Part shown: one piece after another, positions 9,466 through 17,937 of the stretch
Numbering within the stretch: position 1 is the stretch's first letter
How the letters are laid out: each line of letters opens with the position of its first letter
DNA from: Cryobacterium sp.
GTDB taxonomy: Bacteria; Actinomycetota; Actinomycetes; Actinomycetales; Microbacteriaceae
NCBI GenBank assembly: GCA_014376815.1
Contig: JACMQV010000018.1
Span: 1-58,040 of the forward strand
Direction of reading: 5' to 3'
Length of the DNA: 58,040 nt
Made by a program: the position numbers and the translations under genes
Notes under the pieces: generated by a model
The model's database searches: none
The model's input: the letters and a program-made list of their open reading frames with translations, nothing else
Told to the model about the DNA's origin: nothing

Positions 9466-10705
9466 GGTGCTGCGGAATACCGCGTACCGAAAACTGTTCA
9501 GCGCTCAAGTCGTGGCGCTGATCGGCACCGGCCTGCTCACCGTCGCACTCGGGTTGCTGGCCTTCGATCTGGCCGGCGGGGACGCCGGCATCGTCCTGGG
9601 CATCGCGTTGACGATCAAGATGCTCGCCTATGTGGGCGTCGCCCCGGTCGTGTCCGCGCTCACCAGCCACGTCCCCCGCAAGGTGCTGCTGGTGTCCTCA
9701 GATGTCCTCCGGGCCGGGGTTGCGATTTCGCTCCCCTTCGTCACGGAGGCGTGGCAGATCTACATTCTCATCTTCGTGCTGCAGGCCGCCTCAGCGACCT
9801 TCACGCCCGCGTTCCAAGCTCTGATCCCGGATGTCCTGCCCAAGGAAAGCGAATACACACGGGCCCTGTCGCTGTCCCGACTGGCCTACGACCTGGAGTC
9901 CCTGCTCAGCCCCATCCTGGCAGCGGCACTGCTGACCGTGATCAGCTACCATTCCTTGTTCGTGGGAACCGCGCTCGGCTTCGTCGGCTCGGCCGCACTA
10001 GTGCTGTCCACCACCCTCCCGGCGATGAAATCCCCAGCGGCCGCACCGTTCCTCGACCGGCTCACCCGGGGCATGCGCGTGTTCTGGCGCACCCCGCCGC
10101 TCCGGGCGCTGCTCGCGATGAACCTCGTCGTCGCCGCGTCCACCGCGATGGTGATCGTCAACACAGTCATCCTCGTGCAGAACAGCCTTGGACGAACCCA
10201 GATCGACTTCGCGATCACCCTCGCCGGCTACGGGCTGGGCTCGATGCTCGTCGCCCTCGCCCTGCCACGGGTGCTGGATCGCTATCCCGATCGACGCGTG
10301 ATGCTGACCGGTTGCGCCATCCTCCCCGTCGGGCTCGTCGCCGTCGCACTGCTGCTGCTGGCTCCGGACTCCGCGTTGGCATGGCCTGGCGTTCTCACGG
10401 TCTGGTTCGTCCTCGGCGCCGCGACGGCACTGATCCTGACGCCGTCGGCGCGACTCCTCCGACGTTATTCCGACGAGACGAACCGGCCTGCGGTCTTCGC
10501 CGCCCAGTTTTCGCTCTCGCACGCCTGCTTCATCATCACCTACCCGCTGGCCGGGATCCTCGGGGCAACGCTCGGGCTTACCCCGACTGCCCTCATCCTG
10601 GCTGCGCTCGCCGTGGTCGCCGGGATCGTTGCCGTCCGGTCATGGCAGACACCAGTGTCAACGAAACCTCGGGAGACCTCCTCGCTTGCCTCGACCGGTC
10701 GCTGA
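9458..10705 (+). CDS. MFS transporter
   Basis: About 12 hydrophobic segments, 'YRKLFSAQVVAL', 'FTPAFQALIPD'; overlaps the regulator stop by 8 nt. Confidence 0.9.
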   Translation: MLEVLRNTAYRKLFSAQVVALIGTGLLTVALGLLAFDLAGGDAGIVLGIALTIKMLAYVGVAPVVSALTSHVPRKVLLVSSDVLRAGVAISLPFVTEAWQIYILIFVLQAASATFTPAFQALIPDVLPKESEYTRALSLSRLAYDLESLLSPILAAALLTVISYHSLFVGTALGFVGSAALVLSTTLPAMKSPAAAPFLDRLTRGMRVFWRTPPLRALLAMNLVVAASTAMVIVNTVILVQNSLGRTQIDFAITLAGYGLGSMLVALALPRVLDRYPDRRVMLTGCAILPVGLVAVALLLLAPDSALAWPGVLTVWFVLGAATALILTPSARLLRRYSDETNRPAVFAAQFSLSHACFIITYPLAGILGATLGLTPTALILAALAVVAGIVAVRSWQTPVSTKPRETSSLASTGR

Positions 10706-10762
10706 CGGTAGAGGCTGGCCGGTGGCGGCGCATGTGACCGTCACCCGGGGCTCGGCGGCTGT

Positions 10763-11803
10763 TTAGACGGTGGTGACGTCTTCGATCTCTCCGATGAGTT
10801 CCTCGATGATGTCCTCGAGGAACAGAACGCCCGTGGCGACCCCGTCCGCGTCGAACGACGTCGCGACGTGGGCGCCGAGGCGCCGCATCGACGCCAGGGC
10901 GTCCTCGAGATCGCTCTCTCGGAATAACGACGCCAGCCGGCGGATGCGCTTGGCCGGCACCGGCTCCGTGAACCTGCTCCCGGAGGTGACGTCCATCACG
11001 TCTTTCAGGTGGAGGTATCCCGTGGGATGCCCGTCGCCGTCGGTGAGGACGTACCGGGAGTAGCCGTGCCGGGCGACGGCCTGCTGGATGTCGGCGGGCG
11101 ACGCGGATGCCGGAAGATGAACCATCGACCCAATCGGCACCTCCACGTCGGAGACTCGCTTCGAGGTGAATTCGAACGCGGCGGAGAGGGTGCCCGACGC
11201 GTCCTTCAGTAGGCCCTCGCGGGTGGACTGCTCCACGATGCCGGCCACCTCGTCGAGGGTGAATGCGCTGGTGGCCTCGTTCTTCGGCTGGACCTTGAAC
11301 AGGCGCAGCACTCCGTTCGCGAGCCAGTTCAGGCTGACGATCACGGGGCTGAAGGTGCGGGCCACGAGCACGAGCGGCGGCGCCAGAATGAGCGCGGCGC
11401 GGTCGGGAACGGAGAAGGAGATGTTCTTGGGCACCATCTCGCCGAACACCACGTGCAGGAAGGTCACAAGCGCCAGCGCGATTCCGAACGCGATCACGCT
11501 GATCGCACCCTCGGAGAGCCCGGTCAGGCCCAGCGGAATCTCGAGAAGGTGGTGGATAGCCGGTTCGGAGACGTTCAGGATGAGCAGCGAGCACACGGTG
11601 ATGCCCAGCTGGCTGGTCGCCAGCATCAGGGTCGCGTGTTCCATCGCCCAGAGGGTGGTCTTCGCGGCTTTGTTGCCGCGTTCGGCGAGCGGCTCGATCT
11701 GCGACCGGCGGGCCGAGATCACGGCAAATTCGGCGCCGACGAAGAACGCGTTGACGATCAGCAGCACGACGAGCCAGATCAGGCCCGGCCAGTACTCACT
11801 CAT
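10763..11803 (-). CDS. CNNM/CorB ('hemolysin') family protein, DUF21 + CBS pair, no C-terminal CorC domain
   Basis: 'NAFFVGAEFA', 'QLGIT', 'GEMVPK', 'YSRY', 'LEDIIEELIGEI'. Confidence 0.92.
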   Translation of the reverse strand: MSEYWPGLIWLVVLLIVNAFFVGAEFAVISARRSQIEPLAERGNKAAKTTLWAMEHATLMLATSQLGITVCSLLILNVSEPAIHHLLEIPLGLTGLSEGAISVIAFGIALALVTFLHVVFGEMVPKNISFSVPDRAALILAPPLVLVARTFSPVIVSLNWLANGVLRLFKVQPKNEATSAFTLDEVAGIVEQSTREGLLKDASGTLSAAFEFTSKRVSDVEVPIGSMVHLPASASPADIQQAVARHGYSRYVLTDGDGHPTGYLHLKDVMDVTSGSRFTEPVPAKRIRRLASLFRESDLEDALASMRRLGAHVATSFDADGVATGVLFLEDIIEELIGEIEDVTTV

Positions 11804-13166
11804 GGATCAGGTTCTTCTGCAGTTGATTGACGATTCGGTCGTGCCTGGTGGCCAGGCTCGGATCATGCTCGGGGTCGGACGGGGTGTAGCGCACGCGCTG
11901 AACTTGCACGCCATCGACCCGGTCGATCCGCAGGATGCCCCCGTCGACGGGGACCTCGTCGCCGAGCTCGGGAATCCGATCGAGCTGATCGGCGATGAAG
12001 CCCGCAACGGTCTCGTAGTCGCCGTCCTCGGGCACGGTGACGCCCGTCCGATCGAACAGCTCGTCCGGTCGCCAGCCGGCGTCGAACGACACCGAACGCC
12101 CCGAACGGATGACGCCGGCCCTGGCCCGGTCGTGCTCGTCTTCCAGCTCACCCACGAGTTCCTCGACGAGGTCCTCGAGCGTGACGATGCCGGCCGTTCC
12201 GCCGTATTCGTCCGCGACGACCGCGATCTGGTAGCCCTGCTTGCGCAGCAGGCCGAGGAGCGTATCGACGGCCATCGACTCGGGCACGCGCAGTGCCTCC
12301 ACCTTCAACTCGTCCGCGGTGACCTGGTCGCGTTGGTTCAGGGCGACCGCGAAGGCCTGCTTGACGTGCAGAACGCCGACGATGTCGTCGGAATCCTTAT
12401 CGATCACCGGGAAACGGGAATAGCCCGTGGATGCGGACAGGGCCACGATGCTCTCGGCGGTGTCTGTGACTCTAACCGACGACATCCGCATCCGGGGGGT
12501 CATCACGTCGTCGACCGTGTGGTCCGCGAACCGGAGCGTGCGGTGAATCATGGCCGCATGGTCGTTGTCGAGCACACCCTCAAGCGCCGACCGTCGCACA
12601 AGGAAGCTGAGTTCCTCGGCGCTGCGGGCGCCCGAGAGCTCCTCCTTCGGTTCGATGCCGACCAGCCGGATCAGGGCGTTGGCGGTGTTGTTGAAGAGCA
12701 GGATGACGGGTTTGAACACCGCGGTGAATAGGGCCTGCGGGGGCACGACGAGTTTGGCTGTGGCCAGGGGAACGGCCAGCGCGAAGTTCTTCGGCACGAG
12801 CTCACCGATCACCATGGAGAACAGTGTCGCCACCGAAATCGCGATGATGGCACCGAGCACGGGCACGAGGCCCTCGGGCACGCCAGCGCCCGTGAGCGGC
12901 CCGGTCAGCAGGGAGGTGATGGCGGGCTCGAAGGTGAACCCGGTCAGCAACGTGGTCAGCGTGATGCCGAGCTGCGCGCTGGACAGGTGTGTCGAGGTGA
13001 TCTTCAGCGCCTTGATGGTCGGGCCGAGGCTTTTCTCACCGCGTTCCTGCCGCGCCTCGAGCTCGTTGCGGTCAAGGGTGACCAGAGAGAACTCGGCGGC
13101 GACGAAGATGCCCGTACCGATGGTGAGGAGAAGCCCGACGCCCACCATCGCCCACTCAAACAGCAT
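11796..13166 (-). CDS. CNNM/CorB family protein, DUF21 + CBS + CorC
   Basis: 'FVAAEFS', 'AQLGIT', 'GELVPK', 'YSRFPV', '[22 protein letters not shown]', 'YETVAGF'. Confidence 0.93.
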   Translation of the reverse strand: MLFEWAMVGVGLLLTIGTGIFVAAEFSLVTLDRNELEARQERGEKSLGPTIKALKITSTHLSSAQLGITLTTLLTGFTFEPAITSLLTGPLTGAGVPEGLVPVLGAIIAISVATLFSMVIGELVPKNFALAVPLATAKLVVPPQALFTAVFKPVILLFNNTANALIRLVGIEPKEELSGARSAEELSFLVRRSALEGVLDNDHAAMIHRTLRFADHTVDDVMTPRMRMSSVRVTDTAESIVALSASTGYSRFPVIDKDSDDIVGVLHVKQAFAVALNQRDQVTADELKVEALRVPESMAVDTLLGLLRKQGYQIAVVADEYGGTAGIVTLEDLVEELVGELEDEHDRARAGVIRSGRSVSFDAGWRPDELFDRTGVTVPEDGDYETVAGFIADQLDRIPELGDEVPVDGGILRIDRVDGVQVQRVRYTPSDPEHDPSLATRHDRIVNQLQKNLIHE

Positions 13167-13236
13167 GTGGCCCTCTCAGATTCGGGGGCACGATGTTGCG
13201 GTGTGGCTGGATGGGCGAAGGTTTATCAGGGTCCAT
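13156..13236 (-). CDS. Candidate Pro-rich leader peptide [26 protein letters not shown]
   Basis: TAGTCT (13252-13247) 10 nt upstream of ATG; 7 Pro in 26 aa; overlaps the CNNM start by 11 nt. Confidence 0.45.
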   Translation of the reverse strand: MDPDKPSPIQPHRNIVPPNLRGPHAV

Positions 13237-13294
13237 TGTGAACCCCAGACTATCGGGCGGCGTCCGGCCGAGGCTGGGAAATTGCCCGCTGGCC

Positions 13295-14581
13295 TCAGTC
13301 TGAGAGGACCTCGATTCTGGTGATGCGGAGTCGATCCATGGCGGCGACCCTGAGCCGATACGCACCGACGGGGACGGTGTCGCCGACGAGGGGCAGTCGC
13401 CCCAACCGATCTGTGATGAACCCGGCCACGGTCTCATACGGGCCGTCCTCAAGCTCGATCCCCGTGTCCTCTGCGAAGTCCTCGATGTTCGCGCTGCCGT
13501 CCACCACCCGTGCCGCACCGGGCTGAGAGTCGCGCCTGGCCTCGGGGACCTCGGGGGCCTCACGCTCATCCCGCATCTCACCGACGAGTTCTTCGACGAG
13601 GTCCTCCAATGTCACGATGCCATCCGTCCCCCCGTATTCGTCGATCACAACGGCCATGTGTATCCCCTCGCGTCGAAGCCGCGTCATGGCAGGCAGGATG
13701 CGACTCGTTCCCGGAAGAAAGAGGATCAACCGTTCGATGTCGGCGACCGTCGCGGCATCCGAGCGCACCTCCGGGTCAAGAAGATCACGCACGTGGACAA
13801 AGCCGGTCACCTCGTCAACGGAACCTCCGATGACGGGATACCGCGTGTAGGGCATCGCACGAACCTGGGCGACCGCATCTCCAAGCGATTGGGATCGTGA
13901 CAGGAACACGACATCCGCCCGGTGGCGCATGACCTCCTTGACGGTTCGATTGGTCGCTCTGAGGACTTCACTCAGGATGCGACGTTCCTCGGCTGCGAGC
14001 CCCGGGTGAGCGCCGAGAAGGTCGCGAAGCTCCTCGTCAGACATCTGTTCTTTCCTCGCGTGCGGGTCGCCGCCCAGAACCCTCACGACGGCGTTCGTCG
14101 ACATAGAGAGCAGCCAGATCACCGGTCGCATGAGTGTGGAAAAGATCAGAAGCGGCGGGGCTAGAACGAGCGAAAAACTGGACGCCCTCTGAAGCGCAAA
14201 CCGCTTCGGCACAAGTTCACCAAGCACAAGCGAAAGATACGCGATCAGGAGCGTCATCCCGATCAAGGCCAACACGTCCGCGGACTCCGGGGACAACCCG
14301 AGCGATTCCAACAGCGGAACAACATCCGGGGCCAGCGTAGAAGCCCCATATGCAGCGGAGAGGAAACCCGCGACGGTCACACCGATCTGGACCGCCGCCA
14401 GGAACTTGTTGGGATCACGCGCCAGCGACGCGACCTTGGCACCGCGACTTCCTTGCTGCCGCAACCTGTGCAACTGACTCTCCCGCAAGGACACCAGGGC
14501 CATCTCCGTCGCGGCAAAAATACCGCCGATGATCACGAAAAGCAGCACGAGTCCGAGATTGATCCATGTGTAGACGTCCAC
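13295..14581 (-). CDS. CNNM/CorB family protein, DUF21 + CBS + CorC
   Basis: 'FAATEMALVSLR', 'VQIGVT', 'GELVPK', 'YTRYPV', '[18 protein letters not shown]'. Confidence 0.93.
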   Translation of the reverse strand: MDVYTWINLGLVLLFVIIGGIFAATEMALVSLRESQLHRLRQQGSRGAKVASLARDPNKFLAAVQIGVTVAGFLSAAYGASTLAPDVVPLLESLGLSPESADVLALIGMTLLIAYLSLVLGELVPKRFALQRASSFSLVLAPPLLIFSTLMRPVIWLLSMSTNAVVRVLGGDPHARKEQMSDEELRDLLGAHPGLAAEERRILSEVLRATNRTVKEVMRHRADVVFLSRSQSLGDAVAQVRAMPYTRYPVIGGSVDEVTGFVHVRDLLDPEVRSDAATVADIERLILFLPGTSRILPAMTRLRREGIHMAVVIDEYGGTDGIVTLEDLVEELVGEMRDEREAPEVPEARRDSQPGAARVVDGSANIEDFAEDTGIELEDGPYETVAGFITDRLGRLPLVGDTVPVGAYRLRVAAMDRLRITRIEVLSD

Positions 14582-14649
14582 TACTTGGCGACCTTCAGGA
14601 GAAACGACACGTGACGATCGATGCGACTGGAACTTCGGAAGTCATCCAC
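14581..14649 (-). CDS. Candidate leaderless leader peptide MDDFRSSSRIDRHVSFLLKVAK
   Basis: TAGAAT (14661-14656) 6 nt upstream of GTG 14649; its TAG shares one base with the CNNM GTG at 14581. Confidence 0.5.
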   Translation of the reverse strand: MDDFRSSSRIDRHVSFLLKVAK

Positions 14650-14926
14650 AATCTCATTCTACGAATTCCGGCCTCCTGCGCCGTTGCGTCGATCCGCGGG
14701 TCGGCGTAGTTGGCCGGGGACGTCATCGTTTCATCTGGCTCCTTCTTCGCCGTGAGTATCGCCAGTCCAGGTGACGGACCAAGCCCTTGGGCACCGCCGC
14801 GACCGACAGCATCCGTGCGGTTCGCCGACGGCTGGTCCCTCAGGACCAAAACCACAGCACCTCGCCGACGATCGACCGGAACGGACGAGTGCGAACTAAA
14901 CACCCTGATCAAGATTTGTTTTACAG

Positions 14927-15000
14927 TAGGGCGGCTGGGACTTGAACCCAGGACCGACGGATTATGAGTCCGCTGCTCTAACCAGCTGAGCTACCGCCCC
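14927..15000 (-). tRNA. tRNA with CAT anticodon, most likely Ile2 (lysidine type)
   Basis: GGGGCGGTAGCTCAGCTGGTTAGAGCAGCGGACT-CAT-AATCCGTCGGTCCTGGGTTCAAGTCCCAGCCGCCCTA; full cloverleaf, no encoded CCA; Ile2 rather than Met is inferred from sequence style. Confidence 0.92.
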
Positions 15001-15026
15001 GATGACCGCGACCACTCGGGAGTGGA

Positions 15027-16322
15027 TTACTCGGGAGTGCGCGCGGACGCTTCAGAGGTGACCCGGTCGGTCACCGGCTCCCCACGATACAGGCACTCGA
15101 AAGTGTTGAGGGTGCGATTGATATCGTGGGCCCCGATGAGTCTCAGCGACTCGTTCTTGAGGGCGTCCAGTTTCTCCGGCGGCGCGGTCAGAACGGCCGT
15201 CAGCTTGTCGGCGAGGTCCTGGGCGCTGCCGGGCTCGAACAGGTAGCCGTTCTCCCCGTCGTGCACCAGGTGTGGGAGGGCCATGGCGTTCGCGGCCACG
15301 ACCGGAAGGCCTGAGGCCATGGCCTCCATCGTCGCGATGCTCTGCAGCTCGGCAATCGACGGCATGGCGAACACGGTCGACCGGGTGTACGCGCTGCGCA
15401 GCTGGGCATCCGTCACATAGCCCGTGAAGGCGACCCTGCCCCGGATGCCCAGCGTCTGGGCCAGGTGCTCCAGGTTGCGTTTCTGATCTCCTCCGCCGAC
15501 GATCTCGACCTTCACGTTCAGGTCGGGCGCCAGTAGGGCGACGGCGTGCAGCAGCACGTCGATCTGCTTCTCACCGGTCACGCGACCGACGAAGAGAATG
15601 CGGTTCCCGGTGCGGGGCGCGAAGCTGGGCGCATAGTTGTGGGCGTCGATGCCGCAGGAGATCGCCAGCACCCCCTCAAGGCCGGTGTAGCGCTCCAGGA
15701 ACTGGGCCGCCCGCTGAGTCGGAGTCGTGACGGCTTCGGCGCGGCCGAAGGTTCGCCGGGCCGCCCGCCAGGCCCCCTTGACCAGGCGTTCGTGCAGTCC
15801 CTTGGGCATGAGGGTGAACTCAAGCATGTTCTCGGGCATGAAGTGGTTCGTGCCGACGATGCGGATTCCGCGCTTCTCCGCCTCGATCGTGACCCCGCGG
15901 CCCACGTTGATGTGCGACTGGAAGTGCACGACGTCGGGCTTGAACGTGTCGAGGATGCGGCGGCTGTCGCGCCGGACGAACCAGGGCAGGGCGAATCGCA
16001 GCCAGTCGTGCGGGTACCAACGCCAGCTTTGCAGGCGGTGCACCACCATCTGCTGCCCTTCGTGCGTCTCGGTCCAGGTTCCGTACTTGCGCGACGGGGC
16101 CGGCGCCATGATCTGCACCTCGTGCCCGCGGGCCACCAGGCCGGCAGCGAGGCGTTCGGCGAACTTGGCTGCGCCGTTCACGTCGGGGGCGAAGGTGTCC
16201 GCGGCGATCAGCACCCGAATCGGCTTCTTCGACACCGGGGCGACCCGGTGCGACTCACTCGAAAAATCGGTCGATTCTGGCAAAAGACACTGTCCCAACG
16301 TATGTGTGCCGGAGGTCATCAT
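15027..16322 (-). CDS. Glycosyltransferase family 4 (possibly glycolipid synthesis)
   Basis: 'DTFAPDVNG', 'FVGRV..EK', 'ELQSIATMEAMASGLPVV' (EX7E); exact start uncertain. Confidence 0.9.
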   Translation of the reverse strand: MMTSGTHTLGQCLLPESTDFSSESHRVAPVSKKPIRVLIAADTFAPDVNGAAKFAERLAAGLVARGHEVQIMAPAPSRKYGTWTETHEGQQMVVHRLQSWRWYPHDWLRFALPWFVRRDSRRILDTFKPDVVHFQSHINVGRGVTIEAEKRGIRIVGTNHFMPENMLEFTLMPKGLHERLVKGAWRAARRTFGRAEAVTTPTQRAAQFLERYTGLEGVLAISCGIDAHNYAPSFAPRTGNRILFVGRVTGEKQIDVLLHAVALLAPDLNVKVEIVGGGDQKRNLEHLAQTLGIRGRVAFTGYVTDAQLRSAYTRSTVFAMPSIAELQSIATMEAMASGLPVVAANAMALPHLVHDGENGYLFEPGSAQDLADKLTAVLTAPPEKLDALKNESLRLIGAHDINRTLNTFECLYRGEPVTDRVTSEASARTPE

Positions 16323-16393
16323 CCGGCGAAGAGTTCCTGTTTTCGACGGCGCGCACGCTGACGAGGTCTTGTAGCACCCTATTCTAAACCGCC

Positions 16394-17302
16394 TCAGTCC
16401 GTGGCGAGAGGGTGATAGCGAGCGAGCAGGAATACCCCGCCGATGGCGATGGCGCCCGCGACGATGAAGGCAACGGATGCCCAGGCCGGGGCCTGCTCCA
16501 CCTCACCGAGCACGATGATGCCGATTCCCACGGCGATCAGCGGATCTATCACCGTCAGCCCGGCGATGACCAGGTCCGGGGGCCCGGACGCGTAGGCATT
16601 CTGCACGAAATAGGCTCCAAGGGAAGCGGCCAGCAGCAGCCCGGCCACGCAGGTGAGCGTCAGCCATTCGAAGTTGCCGTTCTGGGTGCGGTTGATGATC
16701 ACCTTCGCCAGGGTGGCGACGAAACCGTAGAGCACCCCGGCGCCGATGATGTAGAAAATGGCCTTGAACCGGGTGCGCAGAAAGAAGAACGCGAGGCCGA
16801 ACAGCGCCAGCACCACCGCGAGCACGATCAGAATCGTGAGCAGGTTTGCGTCGGTGACGGGCTTGTCCACCGCGGTGAAGGCCGCCACGGTGACGAACAG
16901 TCCCACCCCGCCCACGCACATCGCGATGGCGATTTTCGACGCCCGGTTGACCAGAACACGCGTGACGCGGGCGTTGAGGACCGACGTGATCACCAGGGCA
17001 ACGGCGCCCAGCGGCTGCACCACGATGATCGGGGCGAAGGCCAGGCTGGACAGCTGGAAAACGATGGCAAGGCCCAGCATGACCGTGCCGAACACCCAGG
17101 ACGGCCGGCTGAGAAGGAGCATCAGCTGCCGAGGATTCAGCCCGCCCGTGACGTCGGCGGGCTTCGCCTCGACCTTGGTGACGCCGCGGTGCTGGAACTG
17201 CGCCCCGAGGGAAAGGAACACCGCGCCCACGAGGGCGAGCGGGATTCCGATGGCCTGACGCGGGTCGATGGTGACAGCCAAGTCGGTCAGGTCGGGGGGC
17301 AC
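16394..17302 (-). CDS. DMT superfamily transporter
   Basis: Multi-TM; 'LSLGAQFQH', 'APIIVVQPLG', 'LTVIDPL'; TAAAGT 6 nt upstream of GTG. Confidence 0.8.
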   Translation of the reverse strand: MPPDLTDLAVTIDPRQAIGIPLALVGAVFLSLGAQFQHRGVTKVEAKPADVTGGLNPRQLMLLLSRPSWVFGTVMLGLAIVFQLSSLAFAPIIVVQPLGAVALVITSVLNARVTRVLVNRASKIAIAMCVGGVGLFVTVAAFTAVDKPVTDANLLTILIVLAVVLALFGLAFFFLRTRFKAIFYIIGAGVLYGFVATLAKVIINRTQNGNFEWLTLTCVAGLLLAASLGAYFVQNAYASGPPDLVIAGLTVIDPLIAVGIGIIVLGEVEQAPAWASVAFIVAGAIAIGGVFLLARYHPLATD

Positions 17303-17342
17303 TCAATGACTTTATCCAGAACGAGGCCGATATCCTTGCTGA

Positions 17343-17909
17343 ATGGCCGTACGCTCAATAGTTATTTCAGGAGATTCCGTTCTCCACTCCCCCGCACGTC
17401 CCGTCGTTGATTTCGGGGATGATCTGCATGAACTGGTGCGGGACATGTTCGAGACGATGGACGCCGCACCCGGTGTCGGCCTCGCCGCACCCCAGGTCGG
17501 AGTGCCCCTGCGGCTCTTCACCTACAGCTACCTCGACGACGATGACCGGCTCTGGCGCGGCGTGGCCATCAACCCCGAATTGTGGATCACGCCCGTCCCT
17601 GCCGACGAGGCCGACGAAGAAGAGGACGTCGAGGGGTGCCTGTCCTTCCCGGGCGAACGCTTCCCGCTGCGCCGCTCCCCCGCCGCCATTCTCAGGGCCG
17701 TCGACCTCGAACAGGAGGCGTTCGAGATCCGGGCCGACGGTTGGCTGGCCCGAATCTTCCAGCACGAATACGACCACCTCGACGGCACGCTCTACGTGGA
17801 CCGGCTCGAGCACTTCTATGCCAAGATCGCGATCAAGGTGGAACGCAAACGCGGGTGGGGCATCCCCGGGCTCGCCTGGCTGCCCGGCGTGGACAACCTC
17901 GAGGACTGA
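17343..17909 (+). CDS. def: Peptide deformylase
   Basis: 'GVGLAAPQVG', 'EGCLS', 'QHEYDHLDG'. Confidence 0.97.
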   Translation: MAVRSIVISGDSVLHSPARPVVDFGDDLHELVRDMFETMDAAPGVGLAAPQVGVPLRLFTYSYLDDDDRLWRGVAINPELWITPVPADEADEEEDVEGCLSFPGERFPLRRSPAAILRAVDLEQEAFEIRADGWLARIFQHEYDHLDGTLYVDRLEHFYAKIAIKVERKRGWGIPGLAWLPGVDNLED

Positions 17910-17937
17910 TCCGGAAACCACCGTCCCGAGAAGGTGG

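Noticed and set aside
14595-14912. 105-aa ORF between the tRNA and the CNNM gene
   Set aside because: No recognisable motif; it overlaps the better-supported promoter and leader ORF
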